DNA from: Clostridia bacterium | Lineage (GTDB): Bacteria; Bacillota; Clostridia; Oscillospirales; CAG-272 | Length of the DNA stretch: 64,000 nucleotides | Assembly (NCBI GenBank): GCA_017454675.1 | Contig: JAFTCN010000010.1 | Location: 6,195-70,194, forward strand | Direction: 5' to 3' | Part shown: positions 1-9,755 of the stretch, in pieces | Layout: each line of letters starts with the position of its first letter | Position numbering within the stretch: position 1 is the first letter of the stretch | The notes under the pieces: model-generated | Databases searched by the model: none | What the model saw: only the letters and a program-made list of their open reading frames with translations | Told to the model about the DNA's origin: nothing | Program-made: the position numbers and the translations under genes

Positions 1-1587
1 CGACCGGAGGAAGCCCTCCTTGTCGGCGTCGAGCACCGCCACGAGGGCGACCTCGGGGATATCGAGGCCCTCTCTCAGCAGGTTGATGCCCACCAGGACG
101 TCAAACACTCCGAGCCGCAGGTCGCGTATGATCTCGGTGCGCTCGATCGTCTCGACGCTGAAGTGTATGTACCTGACCCTGATCCCGTTTTCGGTGAGGT
201 AGTCGGTCAGGTCTTCCGCCATCTTCCTCGTGAGCGTCGTGACGAGCACGCGCTCGCCGGCCTCAACGCACTTCTTTATCTCGCCGAGGAGGTCGTCGAT
301 CTGGCCTTCGACCGGCCTTACCGTGATCTCGGGATCGACGAGCCCGGTCGGCCGTATCAGCTGCTCGGTGACGCTGTCGCTGTTCTCGCGCTCGTAGTCG
401 CCCGGTGTGGCACTGACGAATATCGCCTGGTTTATCCGCTGCTCGAACTCGTCGAAGAAGAGCGGCCGGTTGTCAAAAGCGGAGGGCAGTCTGAAGCCGT
501 AGTCTACGAGGTTCTTTTTCCTCGCGTAGTCGCCGCCGCTCATGCCGCGTATCTGCGGCAGGGTGACGTGGCTCTCGTCGACGAAGAGCAGCCAGTCCTT
601 CGGAAAATAGTCGAGCAGGCAGAACGGCGTCGAGCCCGGTTCCCTGCCCGATATGATCCGCGAATAATTCTCGACTCCCGAGCAGAATCCGATCTCGCGC
701 AGCATCTCTATGTCGTATCTCGTGCGCTCGGTGATCCTCTGCGCCTCGAGGAGCTTGTTCTGAGACCTGAAATACTCGGCCCGCTCGTTCATCTCGCGCT
801 CGATCTCGCGCAGAGCGGTCTCGCGCCGGTCGTCCGACACGGCATAGTGCGTCGCGGGGTATATAGCGGCGTAGCTGAGCCGCCGGAGGACCTCTCCGGT
901 CAGAGTGTTGATCTCAGAGACCCTGTCGACCTCGTCCCCGAAGAACTCGACGCGCAGGCCTTTTTCGTCGGAATTGGCCGGTATGACGTCCACCGTGTCG
1001 CCGCGTACGCGGTAGCTGTCGCGGACGAAGTTCATGTCGTTTCGGGTATACGAGATCGACGTCAGCCGCTTTACGAAGTCGGTCCGGTCGAGGGACATGC
1101 CCGGCCGCACCGGCACGACGAGCCGGCAGTACTCCTCGGGGTCGCCCAGCGAATATATGCAGGACACGCTCGACACGATGATGACGTCGCGGCGTTCGAA
1201 CAGGGCCGATGTGGCGCTGTGGCGGAGTCTGTCGATCTCGTCGTTGATCAGCGCGTCCTTTTCAATGTACATATCCTTCCCGGGGATGTATGCCTCGGGC
1301 TGGTAATAGTCGTAATAGGATACGAAATACTCGACGGCGTTGTGCGGGAAGAACTCGCGAAACTCGGTGCAGAGCTGCGCCGCGAGAGTCTTGTTGTGCG
1401 CCAGGACGAGAGTCGGCCGGTTCACGTTCGCTATGACGTTGGCCATCGTGAAGGTCTTTCCGGAGCCGGTGACGCCCAGCAGCGTCTGCATGCGGTCGCC
1501 GCGAAGCACGCCTTCGGTGAGCTTCGCTATCGCCGCCGGCTGGTCGCCGCAGGGCGTATAATCGGATACCAGTTCAAATTTTCCCAA
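1..1587 (-). CDS. uvrB: excinuclease ABC subunit B (UvrB); C-terminal end runs off the window start
   Basis: Absent from the ORF track because it has no stop in the window and a TTG start. Reverse translation from 1587 gives [38 protein letters not shown] (Walker A)..[12 protein letters not shown]. Near position 1 it gives ..[44 protein letters not shown] lies about 6 nt upstream of the TTG. Confidence 0.9.
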   Translation of the reverse strand, partial: MGKFELVSDYTPCGDQPAAIAKLTEGVLRGDRMQTLLGVTGSGKTFTMANVIANVNRPTLVLAHNKTLAAQLCTEFREFFPHNAVEYFVSYYDYYQPEAYIPGKDMYIEKDALINDEIDRLRHSATSALFERRDVIIVSSVSCIYSLGDPEEYCRLVVPVRPGMSLDRTDFVKRLTSISYTRNDMNFVRDSYRVRGDTVDVIPANSDEKGLRVEFFGDEVDRVSEINTLTGEVLRRLSYAAIYPATHYAVSDDRRETALREIEREMNERAEYFRSQNKLLEAQRITERTRYDIEMLREIGFCSGVENYSRIISGREPGSTPFCLLDYFPKDWLLFVDESHVTLPQIRGMSGGDYARKKNLVDYGFRLPSAFDNRPLFFDEFEQRINQAIFVSATPGDYERENSDSVTEQLIRPTGLVDPEITVRPVEGQIDDLLGEIKKCVEAGERVLVTTLTRKMAEDLTDYLTENGIRVRYIHFSVETIERTEIIRDLRLGVFDVLVGINLLREGLDIPEVALVAVLDADKEGFLRS

Positions 1588-1588
1588 T

Positions 1589-2200
1589 TTACGCTCCTCC
1601 TTCCGCCGCCCGCTTTTTCCTTATCCGCCCGGCGGCCGCTCGGACCGCGGCGCACAGAGCGGCTCCGATCACGCCGCCCGCCGTGTTCAGTATGATGTCG
1701 TCTATGTCGGCTGCCCGCGGCATGAACAGCTGCGCGAGCTCCACCGTCAGCGAGACCGCCGCGCAGAACAGCGCCGTTACGGGGATCTTCCTTCCGAAGG
1801 CGGCAGCGAAGAAGGCTCCCAGCGGTACGAACACCGCTATGTTACCGAGTATGTTGACCATGAAGAAGCGGCTCTCCGACGCGGTACCGGTGTTTTTCAG
1901 CCTCCTCAGCGACCGGAGCGGTATGAGATTGAGGTATTCGCCGTCTGTTCGCAGCTTCGGCACGAAGAACGACGGGCTGCCGTCGACGGTCAGAGTCTGC
2001 GAGAGGATGACGGTCAGCGAAACGCCGAACAGCCACAGAAAGACCTCGTGCGCCGCCGTCTCCCGGACCGGCCTCGACGCGATCGCGCCGAGGCGCTCCC
2101 GCCGTCCGGTGATGAAAAGCACCCTCGCCGGAATCCAGACGGCCGTGAACATCACTATCCACGGCAGCGACAGCATCATATATTCGAAGAAGAATCCCAT
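1589..2200 (-). CDS. VanZ-family membrane protein
   Basis: ORF 1589..2287 contains [16 protein letters not shown] and [16 protein letters not shown], which are VanZ-like motifs, plus several hydrophobic segments. I placed the start at the internal ATG at 2200 (MGFFFEY), which is preceded by GGAGGG. The stop lies 1 nt from the uvrB TTG start. Confidence 0.75.
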   Translation of the reverse strand: MGFFFEYMMLSLPWIVMFTAVWIPARVLFITGRRERLGAIASRPVRETAAHEVFLWLFGVSLTVILSQTLTVDGSPSFFVPKLRTDGEYLNLIPLRSLRRLKNTGTASESRFFMVNILGNIAVFVPLGAFFAAAFGRKIPVTALFCAAVSLTVELAQLFMPRAADIDDIILNTAGGVIGAALCAAVRAAAGRIRKKRAAEGGA

Positions 2201-2280
2201 ATATCCCTCCGGGGCCCAGACGGGCACAGATACATAGCATATATTATACATTATTTCTGCTTCGACTTCAACCTTTTTCA

Positions 2281-2309
2281 TTGACAATGCAAGAGAAATA
2301 TATTATAAT
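2281..2309 (+). promoter_or_regulatory. sigma-70-type promoter (TTGACA-N17-TATAAT) upstream of proS
   Basis: TTGACA at 2281-2286, a 17-nt spacer, then TATAAT at 2304-2309, about 85 nt upstream of the proS ATG. Confidence 0.6.
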
Positions 2310-2392
2310 AAGTATTCATTACTATCGCCGTTTCGCGGCTTTTCCGGTTCCCTCCGGCAGCGCGGCGGTATGAAAGGCAGGATCCGCAAAAT

Positions 2393-3844
2393 ATGTCGGC
2401 TAAAGAAAAAGACAGCAGAAAAATGGTCGAAGAGATCACCCCGATGGACGTTGACTTCGCCCAGTGGTACACGGATATAGTCAAGAAGGCGGAGCTCATC
2501 GACTACTCCGGGGTCAAGGGCTGCATGATAATCAGACCGTACGGCTACGCGATCTGGGAGAACATACAGAAGATCCTCGACGCGGAGTTCAAGAAGCTCG
2601 GCCACGAGAACGTATACATGCCCCTGTTCATCCCCGAATCGCTCCTCCAGAAGGAGAAGGACCACGTCGAGGGCTTCGCGCCCGAGTGCGCCGTCGTCAC
2701 GATAGGCGGACAGAACGTACTCCAGGAGAGGCTGATCGTCAGGCCGACTTCGGAGACGCTCTTCTGCGATCACTATAAGAATATAATCCACTCCTACCGC
2801 GACCTCCCCAAGCTCTACAACCAGTGGTGCAACGTCGTGCGCTGGGAGAAGACCACGAGGCCGTTCCTCCGCACTTCCGAGTTCCTCTGGCAGGAGGGGC
2901 ACACGATGCACGAGACCGAGGAGGAGGCCCGCGAGGAGACGCTCCGCATGCTCGGGTGCTACGCCGACTTCTACGAGAAGGTCCTCGCGATACCTGTCAT
3001 CAAAGGCCGCAAGACCGAGAAGGAAAAGTTCGCCGGAGCCATCGAGACGTATACCGTGGAGCCGATGATGCACAACGGTTTCGCGCTCCAGGGCGGCACC
3101 TCGCACTACTTCGGCGACGGCTTCGCCAGGGCCTTCGACATCACCTACACCGACCGCGAGAACGTAAGAAGATATCCGCACCAGACATCCTGGGGAGTAT
3201 CGACGAGAATGATCGGCGCGATCATCATGTCGCACGGCGACGACAGCGGCCTCGTGCTGCCTCCGGCCATAGCTCCGATCCAGGCGGTGATAGTGCCCGT
3301 CGCGCAGCACAAGCCCGGCGTCCTCGAAGCGGCGTCGAAACTCGCCGAAACACTGTCCGGAAAATACAGGGTCAGGCTCGACGACAGCGACAACAGCGCC
3401 GGATGGAAGTTTGCCCAGTACGAGATGAAGGGCGTTCCGCTCCGCATAGAGATCGGCCCCCGCGACATCGAGAACGGCAGCTGCGTCATTGTCTCCAGGA
3501 TCACGCGCGAGAAAAAAACGGTCCCGCTCGACGGCATCACAAGGGCGGTCGGAGATGCTCTCGACGAACTCTTCGCCGCTCTCTACGACAGAGCCGCCGC
3601 CAACCTCGCCGCGAAGACCTCGACCGCCTCGACGTACGATGAGTTCCTGCGACTCTCGGAGGAGCGGCCCGGCTTCATAAAGGCCATGTGGTGCGGCGAC
3701 ACCGAATGCGAGGACAGGATCAAGAACGACACCGGCGGCGTGAAATCCCGCTGCATTCCCTTTGAAGAGGAGCACATCTCGGACAGATGCGTCTGCTGCG
3801 GGAAGCCCGCGAAGCACATGGTCGTCTGGGGCCGTCAGTTCTGA
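2393..3844 (+). CDS. proS: proline--tRNA ligase (archaeal/eukaryote-like short form)
   Basis: 483 aa. The N-terminus [38 protein letters not shown] and the class II aaRS motifs ([21 protein letters not shown]) are typical of ProRS. Confidence 0.95.
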   Translation: MSAKEKDSRKMVEEITPMDVDFAQWYTDIVKKAELIDYSGVKGCMIIRPYGYAIWENIQKILDAEFKKLGHENVYMPLFIPESLLQKEKDHVEGFAPECAVVTIGGQNVLQERLIVRPTSETLFCDHYKNIIHSYRDLPKLYNQWCNVVRWEKTTRPFLRTSEFLWQEGHTMHETEEEAREETLRMLGCYADFYEKVLAIPVIKGRKTEKEKFAGAIETYTVEPMMHNGFALQGGTSHYFGDGFARAFDITYTDRENVRRYPHQTSWGVSTRMIGAIIMSHGDDSGLVLPPAIAPIQAVIVPVAQHKPGVLEAASKLAETLSGKYRVRLDDSDNSAGWKFAQYEMKGVPLRIEIGPRDIENGSCVIVSRITREKKTVPLDGITRAVGDALDELFAALYDRAAANLAAKTSTASTYDEFLRLSEERPGFIKAMWCGDTECEDRIKNDTGGVKSRCIPFEEEHISDRCVCCGKPAKHMVVWGRQF

Positions 3845-3907
3845 CGGCGTCCTTCACGCGGAATATAAAAAAGACACGTTAATGCCGGTGCAAGGAGGTG
3901 GGATACG

Positions 3908-5035
3908 GTGAAAGCCTTTACGATGCCTTTTCATGAAAAGCTGCGACGGTTCGATCCCTGTCTCCTTATCTGCACCACTGTGCTCTCGGCGCTCAGTCTT
4001 CTGACTCTGTACGGCATACGCGACGCCCCGCTGGCGGGCGGCATCTCGCTGCTGCGGACCCAGGCGATCGCGGTTGCGATCGGAACGGTGGGCGCGATAC
4101 TCATCGCGACTCTCGACTATGAAGAGGTAACAAACAAGCTCTGGATACCCGCGCTCGTCTTCCAGCTGCTCATACTGGCGGTGACGCTGATATACGGCAC
4201 GGCGGAGGGCGCGAACAAGAGCTGGATCATAATCGGGCCGATACACATCCAGCCGTCCGAGTTCGTCAAGATATCCTTCATAATGACTTTCTCGAAGCAT
4301 CTCGACCTGGTCAAGGACAAGATCAACCGGCCTCTGCCGCTGTTCGGTCTTTTCTGCCACGCCGGCGGAGTGATCGGGATGATACTCCTCTCGGGCGACC
4401 TCGGCGTCGCGCTGGTCTATATCGGCATCATGCTCGTGATGCTCTATTGCGCGGGGCTCCACATCTTTTATTTCATCGGCGGAGGACTCGCCGCCTTCGC
4501 CCTCATCCCGTACCTCTGGCCGCATCTGAGAGAGGACCAGCAGCGTCGAATAATCTACGGCTTCAACCCCGAGGGCGACCCTCTCGGCAAGGGCATGCAG
4601 CCCCTGCTTGGGCGCAGCTGCATCCAGAACGGAGGTCTGTTCGGACGCGGGATCAACGGCGGAGAGGTGTACAAGACGCTCTACGCGTGCGAGAACGACT
4701 TCGCCTTCTCCTCCCTCTGCGAGAAATTCGGCATCATAGCCGGGATCGGCGTCATATCGGCGCTGGTCGCGATAACGGTGCGCTGCTTTATGATCGCCAG
4801 GACTTCGCGCAAGGATACCGGCTCTCTCATCTGCGTGGGGGTCGCGGCGGCGGTGATCATTCAGACATCCGAGAACATCGGGATGTGTCTGGCTATGCTG
4901 CCCGTCATCGGGATCACCCTTCCCTTCATCAGCTACGGAGGGTCGTCGATGCTGGCGATGCACATCATGATGGGCATGGTCCACAGCGTCAAGGCGCACA
5001 GAGTGAAATACTTCTTTGAAAGAGACACAAGATAA
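3908..5035 (+). CDS. FtsW/RodA/SpoVE-family peptidoglycan glycosyltransferase
   Basis: 375 aa polytopic membrane protein. SEDS-like motifs include IQPSEFVKI, DLGVALVY, NDFAFSSLCEKFG and TLPFISYGGSSM. GTG start with an AGGAGG RBS 8 nt upstream. Confidence 0.9.
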   Translation: MKAFTMPFHEKLRRFDPCLLICTTVLSALSLLTLYGIRDAPLAGGISLLRTQAIAVAIGTVGAILIATLDYEEVTNKLWIPALVFQLLILAVTLIYGTAEGANKSWIIIGPIHIQPSEFVKISFIMTFSKHLDLVKDKINRPLPLFGLFCHAGGVIGMILLSGDLGVALVYIGIMLVMLYCAGLHIFYFIGGGLAAFALIPYLWPHLREDQQRRIIYGFNPEGDPLGKGMQPLLGRSCIQNGGLFGRGINGGEVYKTLYACENDFAFSSLCEKFGIIAGIGVISALVAITVRCFMIARTSRKDTGSLICVGVAAAVIIQTSENIGMCLAMLPVIGITLPFISYGGSSMLAMHIMMGMVHSVKAHRVKYFFERDTR

Positions 5036-5057
5036 CACGGTTCTGAAGGAAAAAACG

Positions 5058-6092
5058 ATGGGATCCGGAAAAGACATCAACACATCCGGCGGAAACGGAA
5101 AAGACGCCGGGGAGACTCCCCGCAGGCATCTTTCGTCGGCCGAGCGACAGGCGATCTACCGCGAGAACGCGGAGGGACGCGCCGGCACTGAGGCGGCAAA
5201 AAAACGCAAAAAAAGGATAATGACCGTCCTGCTCGCGGCCGCCGCCGCACTTTTGGTCATCGCCGCCGCGGTCGGCGCCGCGAAGCTTGAAAAAAACGTC
5301 TGGAGACCGGCGCGGCAATACCGCAAAGCGGAGGAACTTTACGCCGCGACCGATTATCTCGCGGCATACGAGATCTATAACTCGCTCGGAAACTACCGCG
5401 ACTGCCCCGGCAAGGCGTCCTCGTGCATCCTGGAGAACGCGCGCAAGGTCACCGGGCGGACCGAGGTGACGGTCGGAGACAGCCGCACCATGCCCTGGTT
5501 CAGCATCGACGGGGACGGCGTCCTCTCGTTCAACAAGGACATATACAGGGGCGGCGAGCACGTAATAATCCCCGACGTCTTCGACGGCAAAGCTGTCCGC
5601 GCCATCGCGGACAAGGCCTTCTTCTGGGCCGAATTCATGACGTCGGTCGAGATACCGGCGTCGGTCACGAAGATAGGCGAGCGAAGCTTCTTCTCGTGTA
5701 CCGGCCTTGTATCGGTCACGATACCCGACAGCGTCGCCGAGATAGGCGAGTCCGCCTTCGCCGACTGCGTGAGGCTCGAGGAGGTAAGGTTCGGAAGCGG
5801 ACTGCGCAAGCTCACCGTAAGGGCATTCAAGGGCTGCTACTCACTGAAGTCGGCCGATCTTCCCGAAGGGCTGACAGTCCTCGAGAGCCGGACGTTCATC
5901 AGCTGCCTGTCGATGACGGAGCTCCGGCTGCCTTCGACTTTGACGTCGGTAGGCAACAGCGCCATAGCCGGCTGCGATTCGCTGAAGAAGATAGTATTCG
6001 CCGGTTCGAAGGCAAAGCTCGAATCGATGCTCGCGTCGTCGCAGGAGAACACGCTCCCGGAGGAATGCGAGATCGAAGCGGCGCAGCCGTGA
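5058..6092 (+). CDS. membrane-anchored leucine-rich-repeat (BspA-like) protein
   Basis: Repeated IP.SV..IG..AF..C..L units after a single TM segment (IMTVLLAAAAALLVIAAAVGA). Start moved from 5016 to the ATG at 5058 to avoid overlap with the upstream gene. Confidence 0.75.
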   Translation: MGSGKDINTSGGNGKDAGETPRRHLSSAERQAIYRENAEGRAGTEAAKKRKKRIMTVLLAAAAALLVIAAAVGAAKLEKNVWRPARQYRKAEELYAATDYLAAYEIYNSLGNYRDCPGKASSCILENARKVTGRTEVTVGDSRTMPWFSIDGDGVLSFNKDIYRGGEHVIIPDVFDGKAVRAIADKAFFWAEFMTSVEIPASVTKIGERSFFSCTGLVSVTIPDSVAEIGESAFADCVRLEEVRFGSGLRKLTVRAFKGCYSLKSADLPEGLTVLESRTFISCLSMTELRLPSTLTSVGNSAIAGCDSLKKIVFAGSKAKLESMLASSQENTLPEECEIEAAQP

Positions 6093-6160
6093 TGGCGGAA
6101 TGCTTCTTTCTTCGGAGCAGGTTCACCGCCCGGGATCGCGCATGCCGGGCGCACAAAGAA

Positions 6161-6206
6161 AGCACACAGGACTGGATCACCGGATCTATGCCTGTGTGCT
6201 TTTTTT
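6161..6206. terminator. bidirectional intrinsic terminator between convergent genes
   Basis: AGCACACAGG (6161-6170) pairs with CCTGTGTGCT (6191-6200). It is followed by TTTTTT on the plus strand and preceded by an A-rich run that serves the minus strand. Confidence 0.6.
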
Positions 6207-6259
6207 CGCGAAACCCGGGAAGACAGTCAGCTTTCAAGACGACTCCCGTTCTTTCTGTT

Positions 6260-7804
6260 TCAACCGGATATTATCCGAGCAAGGCACCGTCCTTCTCCGT
6301 GTTCCAGCAGTGTCTTGGGGACCGGGATCACCGCCATCCATGCCCCCAGGTCGTCGGTGTTTCCTTCGACCGTATTGACGATATAAATGCAAGCCGCAGG
6401 GATTCGGCTGTCCGGCTTTCCCGGACTGTCGACCCAGCCCTGAAAGACACTCCCGACCCTAAACCTGTCACCTCCGCTTGTCGCCTCGATAAGAACTAAA
6501 ACGAGAGAGCTGTCTTCGAAAAATCCCGCGTCATATCCCGCGATCCCCTGAGCGAAGGTCACACCGTCTTCCCCACGCGGTCTGTAGGGATCGAACGCGC
6601 CTTTGAACCGGGTCATGAAACCGTCAAGTTTTTCGGAAGAATCAATGATGAAGAGCGGCAGGGACTGGGAATCACATGCATCGGTTTCGCCCGTCCATTT
6701 ACCTGAAGCGACCTCAGGAGATATATATCCCGCGTTATAGATCTCCGATACCGCAGCTTCGGCCGATATGCCGTAATGAGTCATCATCCCGGTGAGCGCC
6801 GCGGCGTCCTCCTCCGAGACATAGGTGTATTTCCGTACGGTGTACCTTTCAACTCCGCTGATCTGAACACATTCAAATTCGATCAGCCTCAGATCCCGGT
6901 AGAATCTGAATTCCTCAGGCTTGTATCTGCTGTTTTCCAAGGTCAGGGAAAAGGTCGGTTTCCTGCCGCCGATCAGCGCCGCGGCATCCTCCTCCCTCGG
7001 TGCGCCGACGAGCTGATTTTTATATAATCTCGTGTAATCAAGCCATATTTCCCTGAAGCTTTCCCAATCCTCCCGGGTCAGCTGGTATCCTTCACCATTC
7101 ACCGACATCGTCCAGACGGCATTCTCCGCGCGGTATCTGTCTATCATGCCGAAGATCACCTCCGCGTCCGAATCGGAAATGAAAGCATAGGTATTTACCC
7201 AGCGCTCCTTTTCGGGATCGTTCAGATCAGTTCCATTGTGGTAGCAGAACAGATAACCTTTGGGATCCCGTGTATAATTCATTCCGAAAAACTCGCGGGT
7301 TCCTCCTTCCGGATCGTCGGTGAGTCTGAAACAGGCGTCGGGAATGCCGTCCCACAGACCTTCCGGGTGTTCATACCGGTTCCAGATTCCGAGAATGATC
7401 TCCTGATCTTCAACAGTCATCCCGCATGAATATTCGACGGGACCGGGGTATCCCCTGTAACCGGCATCCCCGAATTCCACAGTCCAGTCTCCGGTGCCCG
7501 GATCCCGTGCGGAGGGATCTGCAGTTTCCGCGGCACCGGTGCCGGTCTGATCTCCGTGACTGCCCCGGATGACAGAGTTTGCGATAAAGACCGAAAGTCC
7601 GGCCGCCACAAGCAAAAAGAGGGTGGCTGCCGCGGCGACGGCGTAGCGAAACCAGACCGGCCTTCGCGGGCGTCCCGCGCCGGCCACGTCAACGGCGGCC
7701 CCCGGTTCCCCGGCGGCCTTTACGGAACGTACATCAATGTTGCCCGCGCCCCCGTCGGGGATCTCTACACTTTTCCGGTTTCTTTTCTTATTATCATCAT
7801 TCAT
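6260..7804 (-). CDS. hypothetical single-pass membrane protein with internally repeated extracytoplasmic modules
   Basis: Long ORF with normal amino-acid composition and one TM segment (FRYAVAAAATLFLLVAAGLSVFI). No family recognised. Start chosen at the ATG at 7804 (MNDDNKK), which is preceded by GAAGAGG. Confidence 0.6.
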   Translation of the reverse strand: MNDDNKKRNRKSVEIPDGGAGNIDVRSVKAAGEPGAAVDVAGAGRPRRPVWFRYAVAAAATLFLLVAAGLSVFIANSVIRGSHGDQTGTGAAETADPSARDPGTGDWTVEFGDAGYRGYPGPVEYSCGMTVEDQEIILGIWNRYEHPEGLWDGIPDACFRLTDDPEGGTREFFGMNYTRDPKGYLFCYHNGTDLNDPEKERWVNTYAFISDSDAEVIFGMIDRYRAENAVWTMSVNGEGYQLTREDWESFREIWLDYTRLYKNQLVGAPREEDAAALIGGRKPTFSLTLENSRYKPEEFRFYRDLRLIEFECVQISGVERYTVRKYTYVSEEDAAALTGMMTHYGISAEAAVSEIYNAGYISPEVASGKWTGETDACDSQSLPLFIIDSSEKLDGFMTRFKGAFDPYRPRGEDGVTFAQGIAGYDAGFFEDSSLVLVLIEATSGGDRFRVGSVFQGWVDSPGKPDSRIPAACIYIVNTVEGNTDDLGAWMAVIPVPKTLLEHGEGRCLARIISG

Positions 7805-7880
7805 ATTTTGATACCTCTTCAGGGCAAGCAGCCCCGCCGGTCCGTTTTTCATCCCGGACAGTCTGTCGGAAACATCTATA

Positions 7881-9710
7881 TCAGTACTTCGGCAGCACCC
7901 AGATTATCATATCGGTCTCTCCCCTGTTCGCCATGGCGAAATACGGGATGAGAGTGACCTCCCTGCTGACAAGAGGGGCGGGGGCGCCGTAGAGCCGGTC
8001 TTCGTTCCAGTATCTCGAATAGCCCGTCGTCCGGAGCACCGGGACGCCGAGTTCCGCGTCGGTGCGGAACGAATATCTGCCGCGCGGGTCGAGCCTAATG
8101 TCGCGAAGGAGCCTGCCGTTGTCCTTTCCCTCGAGGCAGAAGACGATCGGACCTCTCGCGACCGCCACGCGTCCGGCGTCGTCCCAGACCTCGGGATTTG
8201 CCTCGATGAACCGGACCGGCATCGATATGCGGAGCTTTATCTCGTCGCCGCCGTTCACACCGACATACAGATAACCCTTTCTGAGATCTCCCGACGCCGG
8301 CTTGCCGCCGATCTCGAGCGACCATTCAGTCGCCCAGCCGGGTATGCGCAGCGCAAGTTTTCCGGGGGCGCCGGAGTAGCTGATGTTCACCGTTCCGTCG
8401 TAGGGATAGGCCGTTCTCACGGTGATCTTCCTTCCGTCGAACTCCGAGGTCGACGAGATATACTGGTGTACCCAGACGGTGTTCCCCGACACTCCGTACA
8501 TGAAATCGGCTATCGACGCGATGAAGCGCACGACGTTCGGCGGGCAGCAGGAGCATGAGAACACCTCGACGCGCTCGTCGGCGGGACAGAACTCCCTGTG
8601 CCCTCCGCTGAACTCACGGCGGCGCACCTTGCAGTCGTTCTCCTGCATGTTCGAATAGAAGAAGGATTTTCCGTCGAGCGAGATCCCCGACAGGAACGAG
8701 TTGTATATCACGAGTTCGGCGGTGTCGGCGTATTTCGCGTCGGGCTCGAGCAGCGTCATGCGCCGCGCGAAAAGCGCGAGCGACAGGTTCGCGCAGGTCT
8801 CGGCGTAGGCCGTCATGTTGGGCAGATCGTAATCGCCCATGAAGGCCTCGTGGACACATGTCTGGCCTATCGCCCCCGTCACGTACATCCTGCGGTCAAC
8901 TATATTGTCAAATATGGCGGTGACGGCATCGCGGAGGCGGCTGTCGCCTCTCACACGCGCGAGGTCGGCCGCTCCCGAGTAGAGATAGCAGGCCCTGACC
9001 GCATGGCCTTCTGCGGTCCTCTGATCGGCCACAGGGGCATGGTCCTGCGCATGTGGGCTGCCCGGCTCGCGTCCGCGTTCCCTTATGAAATAATCAGCGA
9101 GATCTGTGTATTTCGGGTCTCCGGTCGCCTCCGACAGTTTTACCAGCGCGAGCTCGATCTCCTCGTGGCCGGGCGTCGTGAAGGCGGCCGACTTTTTTAC
9201 ATAGAAAATGTCGTAGATCAGATCGGCGTAGTCAGTCATGAGGCGCAGGAACCTGTCCTTCCCCGTCGCGTCGCGGTAGGCGATCGCAGCCTCGATCAGG
9301 TGGCCGGCGCAGTAGAGCTCGTGCTTCGAGCGGTCGGTGAACCTGCCGTCGGGGTCGATATGCCCGAAATATGAGTTGAAGTATCCGTCGGGCATGCGGT
9401 TCTTCTCTATGAGGTCCACGGTGTCGTCGACGATCTTCTCGAGCTCGGGGCAGCGCTCCTTGGCCGCCAGGTACGCGACGGCCTCCATCCACTTCGCCAC
9501 GTCGGAATCGAAGAAGACGTGCGGCTTGTTGGGGTCGCCCTCCTTCCAGCCGAACGCGAAGGCGTCGAAGCGCCCCGTCTCGGCGAACCTCCGGTAGACG
9601 TTCATCATCGTGACGTTCCGGATAAGGAGCTGCTTTTCCTTCCAGAATCCTCCGTCGATGTCGATATCCCTGTAGGATACCTGCTTCATCGCAGCTGACT
9701 GGTTTTCCAT
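7881..9710 (-). CDS. glycoside hydrolase family 127 (beta-L-arabinofuranosidase-like, DUF1680)
   Basis: The N-terminus IDIDGGFWKEKQLLIRNVTMMNVYRRFAETGRFDAF..FFDSDVAKWMEAVAY is characteristic of GH127, and a Cys-rich C..CCPPN motif is present. Start at the ATG at 9710, with an AGAGGA RBS. Confidence 0.85.
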   Translation of the reverse strand: MENQSAAMKQVSYRDIDIDGGFWKEKQLLIRNVTMMNVYRRFAETGRFDAFAFGWKEGDPNKPHVFFDSDVAKWMEAVAYLAAKERCPELEKIVDDTVDLIEKNRMPDGYFNSYFGHIDPDGRFTDRSKHELYCAGHLIEAAIAYRDATGKDRFLRLMTDYADLIYDIFYVKKSAAFTTPGHEEIELALVKLSEATGDPKYTDLADYFIRERGREPGSPHAQDHAPVADQRTAEGHAVRACYLYSGAADLARVRGDSRLRDAVTAIFDNIVDRRMYVTGAIGQTCVHEAFMGDYDLPNMTAYAETCANLSLALFARRMTLLEPDAKYADTAELVIYNSFLSGISLDGKSFFYSNMQENDCKVRRREFSGGHREFCPADERVEVFSCSCCPPNVVRFIASIADFMYGVSGNTVWVHQYISSTSEFDGRKITVRTAYPYDGTVNISYSGAPGKLALRIPGWATEWSLEIGGKPASGDLRKGYLYVGVNGGDEIKLRISMPVRFIEANPEVWDDAGRVAVARGPIVFCLEGKDNGRLLRDIRLDPRGRYSFRTDAELGVPVLRTTGYSRYWNEDRLYGAPAPLVSREVTLIPYFAMANRGETDMIIWVLPKY

Positions 9711-9755
9711 TTGCGTTCCTCTTTTCACTGTTTCATTTCACGGCCGCGCCGCGGA

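Noticed and set aside
163-1695. 510-aa plus-strand ORF covering the first 1.7 kb.
   Set aside because: It is antisense to a clearly recognisable uvrB. Its composition (Arg/Val/Asp/Leu-rich with no motifs) is typical of a GC-rich antisense frame.
2310-2392. Possible T-box leader upstream of proS. The same was considered upstream of trpS at 46773-46862.
   Set aside because: Both leaders are under 100 nt, and I could not find the T-box 14-mer (AAxxGGGUGGUACCGCG) or a specifier or stem I architecture.
2303-3817. 504-aa minus-strand ORF opposite proS.
   Set aside because: It is the antisense frame of a high-confidence proS gene. It is Arg/Gly/Val-rich and has no recognisable domain.
3854-5083. 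409-aa minus-strand ORF opposite the FtsW/RodA gene.
   Set aside because: It is antisense to a polytopic SEDS protein that has clear motifs. Its composition is biased toward Arg/Asp/His.
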